Positions 50,441 through 62,460 of a stretch of 64,000 nucleotides of DNA are shown here, piece after piece. Made by a program: the position numbers and the translations under genes. Source of the stretch: Eukaryota sp. GEM-RC1. Taxonomy: Eukaryota. Position 1 is the stretch's first letter; each line of letters starts with the position of its first letter. The notes under the pieces were generated by a model. It ran no database searches, was not told the origin of the DNA, and saw nothing but the letters and a program-made list of their open reading frames with translations. The stretch is from NCBI GenBank assembly GCA_040285855.1, contig JAUFOQ010000002.1, forward strand, positions 1,984,001-2,048,000, given 5' to 3'.

Positions 50441-52173
50441 TAGGCGTACCGGTACTGTTCTTTTGACCGACAAAAATAAATATGATTGATTCCAAATATG
50501 TAGATGATAACCCTTGTGAGAATTAATTTGGTATCAACTACATTGTATACTCAGTTAATTCTACTGAATAGGCTTCCCTCCATCTTGCATGTCGAGCTTC
50601 TTCAGAAACACTGCTCTTGCAGAACAACTCACTGATATTCATAAGATCGATGGAAACTTAGTTGCTACTTGTCGTCACTGTCCTCGAACATTAAGGGGAA
50701 GAGAGTCACGGATCTTGGGTCACTTTCTTCCTGAGATTAAAAATGTTGGGTGTGCTCCTTGTTAGAATCTGCAAAGCTCCGTCACAATGGCAATTGGAAG
50801 TTCTATACGATCGTTTGGAATAAATCCGATATCCCCTCCTCATTCCCCTTCAGCTGTAGTTTTAGTCCCATAGACCTCAGATACAACTCAACCTCCACTT
50901 AAACAAACGAAACTGGATGATTTTCAAACAGTGGGACATCGTAAAATGAACCAAAACGCAATTAAGCTTTTTGCGCGGTTCAATATTCCATTCAGAGCCA
51001 TTGAATATATATATTATCAACAACCATGTTGAAGTAAAACGTCTCTTCCTTGAAAAATCTGAACAAATGTTAATCAAGTATGCTGTCACACGATTTTATA
51101 CTCATTTTTTGAGCTTGTCTCGAATCTATGAGTTACGAGAAGCCGTGGTTGAAACACTGACTGACCCTTTATTTGAGAATTGGGTGAAGAAACAGAATCG
51201 TGATCAGAGAGGTGATTACACTGCTTTGCAGAATGAAACTCAAAATCTGTTCTTCTGGAACCAAGTGAAACAGATCATCTCTTTCTGGAAGCCGGTGGTT
51301 GTATTTTTACAGATGGTTGATTCGGAGGCACAATACATCAGCAGAATTGTCCCCACAATTGCAACCGTCCGATCGGAAATTGGAACCAGCTTTCCAACCT
51401 TTTTGTCAGAAACAGAAAGAAACGAAATCTTGAAAGCCTACGATACAAGAATCAGTATGTTGCTGACTCCGATCCAATATGTTGCCTTTCTGTTGGATCC
51501 TAAACATTTCGAAGCAGTAATGGGGTTGGGGCAAAGTGAACAAATGTTGCGTATTATGGCTAGTTTTTATTCTCTCTGTAGTAAGCTTCTTGAGAAAGGA
51601 GATGCTCATATCTGTGAAAGTGAATTGACAGCCTATTTAACTAATGGGGTTGTGCTCCCAAACGATATGACTAGCTTTGCTCAAGAAATTGCAGAAGCAA
51701 CGGAATTCATTCGTACACTGGCTGATACAATCTCTCCAGGTGAGTGGTGGGAGAAACATGGCTCTGGATATCCAAGACTTCAAAAGATCGCGATAATCAC
51801 TCTAAGTCAAATCAGCAGCACATCATTTGCTGAGCGTAACTTTTCCACAGAGTCAATGGTACAAACGAAGCTTAGGAATCGTATGAAAACATCAACGCTG
51901 TCGGCTTTAACTCACATAGCATTTAACGAACGACTACTGCAATGTACGTGAGAGATCACTCAAAATGGCCCAAAGACTCGAACAATTGATTTCCAAACGA
52001 ATGGAAGAGGCAGATGAAAATTGGGGTGATGCTGACTTTGACAGTTTGATGCACCTAAACTCTGGAAATAGTGTTTTTGATTAGAATAAAATTGTTTATG
52101 AACACAGCTGTATTAGACATCCAATGTCATCGGTACGGATAAAATAAATCGGTACGTACCGTACGTACCGCTA
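50441..52173 (+). mobile_element. Internally deleted hAT transposon (BED finger remnant plus transposase C-terminal half, ORF 50971-51951)
   Basis: TRFYTHF and the dimerisation motif WWEKHGSGYPRLQKIA...SSTSFAERNFS...KLRNRM. A frameshifted BED-like CRHC...GHF...NVGCAPC lies at about 50660-50765. GGTAC/CGTAC-rich ends (TAGGCGTACC... and ...GTACCGCTA). No TSD was found, so the boundaries are approximate. Confidence 0.8.
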
Positions 52174-52259
52174 ATTTGCGCACATTGGTTTGAAGTATTG
52201 ACGCAGGAGTTTATCCTAAGTCTTTACATCTATTCTTTCTTTTCAAAACTTTAAAACAT

Positions 52260-52490
52260 CATCAGGTGTTTGAAGTATTGACAAAGGAGTTGATTTTAAG
52301 TCATTATTTCCTGTTTTCTAAACACAGTTATTCCACTACTTTTTTAATTTAATGTTGAATGACTTTTTGTGTGTTGTCAATAAATCTGCAGTCATCACTT
52401 CAAAAACAGAGTCTTTGTTATTTGACAATCGATGGAGAAAAAGAGTCAAAGTCAGGTCCTTATGTAACTGAAGAAGGAAGAACCATCGAT
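52260..52490. repeat. Dispersed repeat homologous to about 62320-62550, including a degenerate 2A-like motif (LTIDGEKESKSGP) at 52407-52460
   Basis: Shared ATCAGGTGTT(T/C)GAAGTATTGACAAA...TTTGAC(A/T)ATCGATGGAGAAAAAG...CAGGTCCT...GTAACTGAAGAAGGAA. Confidence 0.85.
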
Positions 52491-52894
52491 ACTACTTGAA
52501 GAAACTACTCCTCCTATTTAAGGGTCATTCACAATGGTCACAGTTACTTCCTCTAGTTCAATTAGCTATTAACTCTGCCATTTGTACCATCACTCTTTTT
52601 CATTTCTTTGTTGTTGCAGTAGTGAACGATGTCCTCTTCTTAACAATAAATAGTATTTGTCCATATAGTCTACTCCAGTACTAATGAGTCGTTACTCTAG
52701 TAGAGTATTTCTAGTACCAAACCAAGAAGCACCTGACCTTATGCCATATCGTTTGTTTTGTTTCATGTGTCGTCTTACTTACTTTTCTATCTCTTCTGTT
52801 TCATTCTGTCTTGTTCTTGTCTCTCCCGCATCATTCTTAACTCTGATCTTCTTTTTCTAATCTCAAAGAACATAAGGTCTTAGGGACACTTTCC

Positions 52895-53017
52895 ATGGGT
52901 CTTTTGATCCTCAGATTGTGTTCCCGCATCCTTCTCAACTCTCACATTAATCTCCAATTCAAATTGGATCTCACCATACACGGTGATGATGTGGAAGCAA
53001 ACCCCGGACCTTCTTAA
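52895..53017 (+). other. Short ORF ending in an intact 2A core: MGLLILRLCSRILLNSHINLQFKLDLTIHGDDVEANPGPS*
   Basis: Exact D(V/I)ExNPGP match at 52988-53011. The upstream context is homologous to the 46593 copy. Confidence 0.8.
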
Positions 53018-55312
53018 AAAATTGTTGGAGAAAGACTCAGAAGTCGAAACAAACCAGGCTAGTATGGATTTGTCAATATGATTACCCCCACTCCTGTGTA
53101 TTGGATCTGCCCTTCCACTGACCCAAAGTCGTTTCTAAACAAGAATGGCAATCAAAAAAAAGAAACTGATGGCCAAAAGAAAACAGAAGACGCTGCACGT
53201 GAATGGGCGATACTATCAGTTGAAAAATATCAAATATACAGGTGATGAGATAAGGGAACTTCTAGAAGTTGACAGCCCTGAGTCCTATCGAGACACTTTG
53301 GATCAACACGTAGCTATCATCAGCGCTTCTTATGAACACGAATACAAAACGGCGTTACCAAACATAGAAGTACTGACACGTCTTGATCAAAGGAGAATCG
53401 TTCCATTTATGTCTGAAGTTGAGGTAGATAACTTCTGTGTTGACAGTCAAGCTGAATTGCTGTCAATTTTGAAATCAGGATGATCAACAGTAGAGCTCAC
53501 TTCCTTTGATTTTTGGGAAACAATTGTTTCATCAGGGTGGAAACAATGTAGATCCTTCAGTATCTAGTTGTGTTGCTGATATACTGTTCCATTGGTGGAT
53601 CTCCGGGCAAGCAACGGGTATCAGAGCACAGTATCGATCGTTTTATTTCAAGGTTCAATAAAGACGTGTCACCTTATTGTAAAACGTAGATAGATGCTCT
53701 TATACATGAGGTCACTTCCAAATGTCGGTTTGATAAGGACAACCTCGAAAAACAACGAAGAGTCGTATGCACCCCCACTTTCAACTCAAAAGTGGACAAT
53801 CGAAGAAACGGCAGTATACAGTACTTTAAGGCATATTATCATACGTGGTCATGTGGTCATGACAAACACGGTCTAAAGTGCTGTCATGACAACTTTTTAC
53901 CAAATAAACTTTCCCCTCTTCTAACATGACCATTGCCCATTTTGTGACTGTGTCACGCTCTGAATCTGATGGACCAGTGAATGAATTGTCATCTGAACTC
54001 CTATCAAGCTTTTCTCTTCATAACTATCGTGGACTCAAAAGTTATTATGATAGACAAAATGAAAAAACTCCTTTGTCATTCAGATTGTAATGACAACATG
54101 TTTGTGAATAAATGGGTTGTTGAAACACTTGTAGTTCCATTAATTTCGATCTCTTAAATTCCGTAACAACCCTTATCTCTGACGTGACACATTCCCAGGT
54201 TCCTACAACAACTCAACTTCCCTCGTATCTCCTGCTGACTTAAGCAAACTCTTGAAGAATGACCATTTCCTCCAACTAGAAATCTTAATAAATGGTAGAA
54301 CCAAAGAATTGAAATGGTGCAACGAGTCTAAAAATGGAGTTTTAACATCAACATTAAAACTGACCATGTTTCAATTAGATTTAAGACGTTACTAAATCGT
54401 ATCTAGATGTAGATTACTACTGTTAGTGGTAACTATTAATGGAATTACTCCAAAAATTGTCCAAATCAAATAACAATACCCATCATGAAAGTCAACTTGA
54501 CGTCGAAGTTCGTTCATTAAATTGATATTAATTCAATTAAACAACTTGTACAATGATTTGAGACACAGCCTTCTGATACCCAAATAATTAAGAGGATTTT
54601 CACAATGATTCGCCATTCATACGTTCATTTGAGGACGGATGATGACTCTGTGGAGTAATACTTCTTCTAGCAAAGTGCTTAAAGTGGAGTCCTTTGGTTA
54701 TACCATAAATAGTATAAGTTATGTGGTAAAAAGTGCCACTAACAAGACTATACATAACGACTACAGAGATCGTTACATCAACAACCATATTTCCAGAGTA
54801 GTCTTGAAACATCCTTCTTGTTTTTTCTCCTTGATTAAAACAAAGAATGCGGTAGGCTTCAACGACGACGGTGGAAAGTCTAATGATAAGAGGCTCGAAT
54901 CAAAAAAAGAGGTCAGAAGCGAGGATCACGACCATGGTTGTTCCGTTACCAACTTCTTGGGTTAACGTTAGTTCGGTCGTAGATCTTGTAACGGGACGAA
55001 CAACATCAAAGAATGTAGTACTCGAAAGCTACAGGATCGATCAACAGTTCAAGCATAGAGTGATAGTTACTAAGCATAGAGTGGGAGAAGAGAGGGATGC
55101 TACTAAAACTCTTATGCAACGTAAGAGCTTTGTACTGAGTTGGGAGTTGAATACTAGTGTAGGAAAGTGGAAGACATGAAGAGAAAAGGTAGACTAGTGT
55201 TGTCTATTGGTCTCCCATTGAATTATTTTCAAAGCGATGCTCTAAGATGCAACATCATCAACAAGGGATATCTTCACAGAGGGAGAACAGTGTTTGAGAG
55301 AAGGTTTTTCTC

Positions 55313-57765
55313 ATGGGAAACTCTCATCCTACACTTCGCAGTCTGTTTGATTTGGCTGTAGTCAACGTGGATACTTCCCTGCACACTTGTTCTTCCTCTC
55401 TTTCTTGCTTGGATGAGTTTCTTTCTGCAGTGGCTCACTCTAGTATCTCTCATGAAACCGATCCAGCTCAAATCAAAGCCTTCTACCATGATACCATCAT
55501 GAAGTTCGTCCTTAATACTGACGCCTTTCCCTATCTCTTATTCTTCCTCTTTCGAAGACTTCCTCTGTTCTATGTTATGCCTTCCCCTAACCCTCCCCCC
55601 AAGATTGACAGTTATGCAGCCGAGCAATGTGATGATAGCAATTGTGTTCCATGTTTCATCAACAAATGCTACCATTATCAGAAATCTGTAATAGATAAGG
55701 TGAAGAACAGCTCTACTCGAAGAATGTTTTACACTGATCTTGAGAAGGCTATCGATCAATTGAATTTAGATGATTTCCAAAATCCTTATTTTGCCAGAGA
55801 ATTAATCAAGTCTAGTGTCACTGGGTCAATGATACGGTTTAGGGAACGTATTCACATATTCTCTCAAGTACTGGTAAGAATTGTTTTTCCAAAGTTAAGG
55901 GGTGGACTTGAACAGTTCAGAAATGACTATGATAAAGGACCATTTACCATCCACTGTTGTGACTTGAGTACTTTCACTGTTTGGCTTAACACTTCAATTT
56001 CTTCCTTGTTCTGTGACCATTCCTTGAAGGAACCATCCAGAATTGTTTTTTTTGAAGAGCCAGTTGTTTTTTCTTTGGAAACAATTAGCAAATTTTTACC
56101 ACAATGAGACAAAATTCTTACAAAAATCAAGTTTGACGAGATTTGTATGTTCATATTCTTTCCGCAATTTTTCCCTTTCAAAATCCGTCTGTCATTTGTG
56201 TTTTCTACATCCACTGCCAGTTGTTGCTATTCATAAGTGTTCCAACAGTGGAAATGTTTGCAAGTTTTCGAGAATTTGTTTGTTTTGCTGTCATGCATTG
56301 TTTAATGAGGGTAAAGATGTTTGTCCTTTCAATTGTGGAACTAATGTTTCTTTCGGTGATATTCTAGCTCAAGCAGGGGTTTCTACAAAGTCACTACGGT
56401 TTCGACTTGTGGAACAAGATGTCCCTTCTTTTCTGTATTTCTTGAGTCATTTCTGTTCTGATAAATTTTCAAACTTTATTCAAAATTATTCAGAGAACAC
56501 TTCAACTGAAAGACGTAAAATTATGGATACCTTTCGTAATTACTTCCAGAAATGTAGTGAATCGACCACTCTTGAAACTTCCTCCACGCCCCTTCCTCCT
56601 TCTGGTCATAAGAAAACTTCAACAGTTAGTTTTATTGATGGGTTAGTAGCTATGAAAAGCTCTTTACAAGTAGCTGGTCATCTTTCTTTTATGGATCTAT
56701 GTTGTTTTGAATGTATTGAGAAGCGTTTTAGTTTAGATGAATTGCCTTCTACACTAGTTGTTCGAATTGAAACCCATTTTATATTCTGGATAGATCTGTT
56801 GTCACGAGTAATTCCTCCTTTTTCTTACTTGATTAAAATCAGTGATGTACTAGGTGTTGTTACTGATGGTCTGTCATCTGATGAGCTCACCAATGCCTTT
56901 ACTTTTCCATTGTTATCTTGTTGTCTGGCTTTGTTGGACATCCACTTTTTCTTTAAGAACTATGATGAACAATCCCGTCCACAGATTATTGAAATTCGAT
57001 CGCGGATTGTCTCCCTTCAAGACCAACTATTTCAGTTATATGGACCTCTTGATGATTCAGCCAAGGCTAAGTTGTTTTTTGGTTTGGTGTCTGATATCGA
57101 AGACCACTCTATTCATGAACCACTTGATATCTTTTGTAAGTTCTTTCCATCAAATATTGACATATTTCCAGAGTTTTTAAAAGTCAGCCTGCGGAAGGTT
57201 TACGAGTGTTATTGGTCAACTAACAAGTATTTGCATATCTTACCAAGGCTCAATTTACGGTCGTTTAATGTATTTGCACGTCAAATTCTTACAGTGTTTA
57301 ATCTACGTAAAACCATGGAAAACGTTATTTCTACTTTTGGTTATTGGTCAAGGACTGGAATTTCTTTATTTTCTCTTAGTCTCCGTCTCACCCAGAATAA
57401 TATTTCATTATTGCACAAGATTCAAGATATTTCCCTGGGTCGTAAGCTTCGTTTTCTTTGTAATTGGTCTTCCTGTGTCACAAAATTACTGTCAAAAGAT
57501 CTTTCAATTGATTCCAAGGAGGAAACCCTTGATGACTTTTTATAAAGCTGTTGCTTTTGCAGTGGACAGTAAGCCCTTGTTTCCAATAATTCTAGTGTAT
57601 ACATCCATTGATGATACAAATTCCGTCTTGTGTGTATTGGTTCCTTTTGTTAACGAATCGTTTGCTGATTTAGATGAATTTCAGTTATACTTATTCTGTT
57701 TTCCCAACCTTTCTCACTCCTCCCGGTTTTTCTACGTACAATACAGATGCAAATTAAATAACTGA
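55313..57765 (+). CDS. Large protein with a RING-like Cys/His cluster (three ORFs joined at T-homopolymers at about 56050 and 57540)
   Basis: CHLC...HKC...C...CLFC...CPFNC spacing is RING-like. The ORFs overlap at homopolymer runs. Confidence 0.55.
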
Positions 57766-59299
57766 CTCCAGTTTGATTCAGAGCTGCTGTTAGATGACGA
57801 TGAACGTGTTTTCTACGTTCATCCGTAACAAGTATAGAATTCTTACATCCTCGCACACCAAGAAATCCTGCACATAGAAAATCTATAATCTGATTGCACT
57901 TGTACTCATTAGATAGTCATAGCTACAATAAAACACAGCGCTCTTTAAAAAAGAACTCTTCACTTCTACCGTAGGATTTCCGTTAGGTGACCGTCCATAC
58001 CATCTTGGAATGTGTTCGATTCGAAACGAAACCTCATCAACAAAACAGGTTGTTGGATGACATCAACAAAGTTGCCCCTGAACATGATTGAAAAGCAGTG
58101 TATCAATGTTGATTTAACTCTTTTGACAACTATTTGGGGGTTTTTCTGGTCCACTGTCTTTTATGAACAAGAAAGCGATGAATAGTTGAGAATCACACGC
58201 TTTTATTGAGATAAGTCTAAACTACTTTGCAGATTTCGTATAGGAACAGAAGAGGTTTCTGCGAAAGAAGATTCTCAATGACATCCCCATCATCATTACT
58301 GGGAATACAACGGGAGTCCCAAGGATGTACTTTTTTTAGGGTTAAAGAGACCCTTGATCCATCTTCTGATGCTAGTTTGGTGAACCCAGAAAACTTGAGA
58401 AATTCTTGATAGAAAGAGTTGTCCTAAGCTTGGATGATGAGTATGCATCTTCGATCTGCTGTTTGACCTGCAAATTTGTTAAACTATTCATTACAGCTAA
58501 TGTTGTTTTTCGTTATTTGATTAATTGTGTGGTGGAGATTCTGGTTGCTCATTGTTCAAAGAACACCGTTTCCACTTTAAAGTTGAATCAGTTTTGACAT
58601 TTGTTCAGAAAACGAATTTTCAAAATAGAGGGGATCTTCATGTACCGATCAAACATAGATGGGTTTTACATCAATGGATGTAACAAGACTTGTGTTGGTA
58701 AAATAATAGACACTTCGTTTAATCCTCAAACAGCTGCAAACAAATTGAAACATTGCGATTAGGGGACTCTCAAGTCAAAGACATCACAAAAAGACTGATT
58801 TGTGAGTGAATCTTGTGATGCTTCTGTCGGTTGGTAATACCGAAAATATAGTATTATATTCTACCCTTCTAAAGATAAACCTGAAAAATCATATGCTATT
58901 TGTATCTTTGTGTGATATTCATGACTTAATTATGAAGAAGAACAGAGTTCAATTTTATATATCATGTTGCATCACCAATATAGGGATTGCGTATATCTAG
59001 AATTTTTGTAGATTTTTGAATTAAGTTTGCACATGACGCATTTTATGTCTTCGTCCGTCTGGGCCATGACTTCAGATCAGAAAAAGTTAGTGTCAGATGA
59101 ACCCTGCGGTTACTATGCTCAGAAAATCTATATTTGACATGGCCAAAGAGACAAATTATATTTTTGCAAATTGTATGTTGGAAGTTCCTAACAGCTCAAC
59201 ATTAATGTTCGATTATTCAAATCCCTCAATAATACGGTGGCTTTTTTAATGATAACTCTTGATCAGTCACAACATGCATCTGTGTTCATTTTGTTTTTG

Positions 59300-59690
59300 T
59301 TGTCCTGACAATCTTCATAATCTGACATGCCAGTTTGGGCAATTTTTAACACCTAACAGTTAATTACATTGAAACATTTATATGTTAGAGAAGTAGGGTT
59401 CATGATTGCATAAACGATTCGTTGGCTAACATTAAATGATATCTGTTGTAATGTTGATTTCCCACCCCTGATTAGAACTTTATACAGGAACTTGAACATA
59501 TCATGGCACTCAGAATCTTTTTTTGCAAATGAGGGTCCATTGCGATTAAAACAATTAGTTATCAAGGTAACTTACCATACCAGAATCAAACTCGACGGAC
59601 ATTCTTAAACAACACGTTAAAACGAATTTTCTATTGGTTCAGTAGTGCTAAATCAGTGCTATATAACCATAAGAATGTATGTATGTCATA
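59300..59690. repeat. Direct duplicate of about 61790-62190 (3' region of the PIN-like gene)
   Basis: Shared TGTCCTGACAATCTTCATAA...GATTTCCCACCCCTGATTAGAAC...GTGCTATATAACCATAAGAATGTATG. Confidence 0.9.
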
Positions 59691-60748
59691 GACAGGAATA
59701 CCAAAGACTGGATTGCCAATACACTATTGCCACTCGATACCACCATAGATTGATTGTTCAGATCCTTTCCGATACCAATATTTTGCCAGTATTGCAAGTT
59801 CTTTATATCCTTAATGAAGAGTCAAACTACTGAATGGTTTCGTTTCCATGATCAAAATTCACAATCAAACGATTTATCAAGTTAAAAGTGTTTGATATTT
59901 TTCTGTCCCGATCGATACCTAAATCTATTATATCAATGATTTAACACTAAGAAGTAGAGGAACTTGTGATACTGTGTGCGCGCAGTGTTTCATAGTTAGT
60001 ATTTTAATAGTTTATGTTTTTCCGTCTTTTATAAACATTTGCTTAAAGACACCAATTTGAGAAAGAACTTGAGATTAACTGTGCAAAAGATGAAACACAC
60101 AATGTTAGTGAGAAACCAAAATACAGAATCTGACGACCGACTAGGATTCAAAACTGATCATCGCTGATATTGAGTGATGATATAGAGCTGTAATTCTCCA
60201 AAAAAATCAAAATCAAAATGAGACTATCTTTGAATTTAAGTGTTTTTGTAATGTTTGTATTTTCGGAAGTGGTGTAGTTCCCAACTTTATCTCGAAATGC
60301 CTGAAAACAAAGTCATATTTGAAGCATTTTACACACCTCAAACAACAGTTGACAACAAAGAGACTTCTTCACTACAACAGCAGTCTTTAGATTGTAAGCA
60401 CTATCGTATTGGCTCCAATATATTGGTCAATATTGCAAATTTTATTACACTCATCAAATATGTATGAACTATTAAAAAATACCATACTTGTATTCATCTT
60501 CATCTTCTACAATTCAGTGTGATACATTTGCAGTTTTGGGTTAGGTAATGATTGGTAAGTCATATTACAATATCAACATATTGCCAATCAAGTATTCGGC
60601 ACACGGAGTCGATCGATCTTTGATTCTAAAAACAAGATAACAGAGTTTTCTGATCAAACTTCTACTATTATACTACTACTGTAGTATGTCTTGTCCTTCC
60701 TCAAGACCAACATCCCCGGTCATTCGTTAAATCGATACTGTTGAACTC

Positions 60749-61864
60749 ATGGATGCTCCCGATCTGATTCTTTCCAAAGAATGGATCCCTTTTCTTCTCG
60801 ATAGTTCTCATCTTAACGTCAGGCATGCATTAGAGGAACGTGTTATAGGTTCTAACCAAACTCAACCTCTGTACCTCGTCGTTGACACTTATGAATTCCG
60901 ATCATATCTCATAGAACAACTGGTTCCTGATTACTCAGCAGGTTACTCTGCAGTTGCTGTTAACAGATTGTTCCGCAACTTCTTCTTGAAGTTTAACGAA
61001 CACAACATATATTTCATCTTCTATTTCAGACGCTCCCCTTTCATCCCCCACAAGGTGACGGAAACACATTCTAAGCGTCAATATACACCAGCTCAGTTTG
61101 TTAACCAACCACAGAAACTTCCAACACCTTTCAATCAAGACATTCTTCTCCTTTGGAATGCACTTGATGTGAACAATCCTAAAAAAGAACACGGAAACAG
61201 GGTTAAATTCATACCAAGTGGTAGTTTAACTCACCACATTGCTGAAGAAGTTCGTCAGAATGATTCCTATTATGCGTTTTCTTCCAAAGTTCACTTGTTT
61301 TTCCATCAAAGATGTAAAGTTGCTTTCTTTAGAGGAGATTTTGGATTGAAAGAGTTTTATGATCAGTTGTATGATGGTAAAACGGGACAAATGTTTCTTT
61401 TTCATCAAGATCGGTTTCTTCCTTTTGAAAAGATGGTAGCTTTGTTTGCAATTAATGAATCAAAGTGCCGGCTTTTCTTTAGGATTTACAAGTTGACATC
61501 TACTTCAAATACTGTCCAACAGTATGAAAATGTTTTGAACTTTTTCAATTCTGATGACAATTTTAAATTATGGACCGCATTTCTTGTCAATAATCCGGAT
61601 GCGGCAACTATTGTTTTCTCCACTCTGAATAACTACAAAATATCAACAGATCTTATTGCTCCTACTACCTATAGTGATTCTTCTTCAGTTGCAAGGGTTC
61701 AATATGAGAAAATTCAGCCTTTAGACAAGTTTGAAGAGCCTGACTTGGAACTAGACTTGAGGTTCTTCGATCTGAAGAATGTGTTCATATTTTGTCCTGA
61801 CAATCTTCATAACCTGACATGTCAGTTTGGGCAATTTTTAACACCTTACAGTAAATTGCATTGA
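60749..61864 (+). CDS. Hypothetical protein with a weak XPG/Asteroid-like PIN N-terminus, probably 3'-decayed
   Basis: LYLVVD...FRNFFLKFNEHNIYFIFYF pattern, with acidic catalytic residues largely missing. 371-codon ORF. Confidence 0.45.
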   Translation: MDAPDLILSKEWIPFLLDSSHLNVRHALEERVIGSNQTQPLYLVVDTYEFRSYLIEQLVPDYSAGYSAVAVNRLFRNFFLKFNEHNIYFIFYFRRSPFIPHKVTETHSKRQYTPAQFVNQPQKLPTPFNQDILLLWNALDVNNPKKEHGNRVKFIPSGSLTHHIAEEVRQNDSYYAFSSKVHLFFHQRCKVAFFRGDFGLKEFYDQLYDGKTGQMFLFHQDRFLPFEKMVALFAINESKCRLFFRIYKLTSTSNTVQQYENVLNFFNSDDNFKLWTAFLVNNPDAATIVFSTLNNYKISTDLIAPTTYSDSSSVARVQYEKIQPLDKFEEPDLELDLRFFDLKNVFIFCPDNLHNLTCQFGQFLTPYSKLH

Positions 61865-62460
61865 AACTTTTATATATTACAGAAGTAGGGTGTATGATTG
61901 CATAAAAGATTCGTTGGCTATTATTAAATGATATTTGTTGTAATGTTGATTTCCCACCCCTGATTAGAACTTTATAGAGGAACTTAAAAATATCATGGCA
62001 CTCAGAATCTTCTTTGCAAATGAGGGTCCGTTTACTAGCTGTGAATAAAACAATTAGTTATCAAGATAAATTACCACACGACCAGAATCAAAATTGACGG
62101 ACATTCTTAAACAACACGTTAAAACGAATTTTCTATTGGTTCAGGAGTGCTAAATCAGTGCTATATAACCATAAGAATGTATGAATGCCATAGTCTATGA
62201 CTCATAGAATCGATCGATCTTTTAGTTCGAAAAACAAGATATTAGTAGATTATTATACTGAAATGTTGTTTCCCGACCCCTGCGGATCATCTCACTTTTT
62301 TTTTAAAAATTCATAAACATAATCAGGTGTTCGAAGTATTGACAAATAAATTTATCCTAAAACATTATTTCTTGTTTTCTAAAAATTGTCATTGATTCCA
62401 TTACTTTTTTAATTTGATTTTTTGTCTTGTATATAATAAATAAATAAATATATAAATAAA

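Noticed and set aside
54005..54045. FSLHNYRGL resembling the APE endonuclease start downstream of a 2A
   Set aside because: No following QET, GDFN or SDH motifs were seen.
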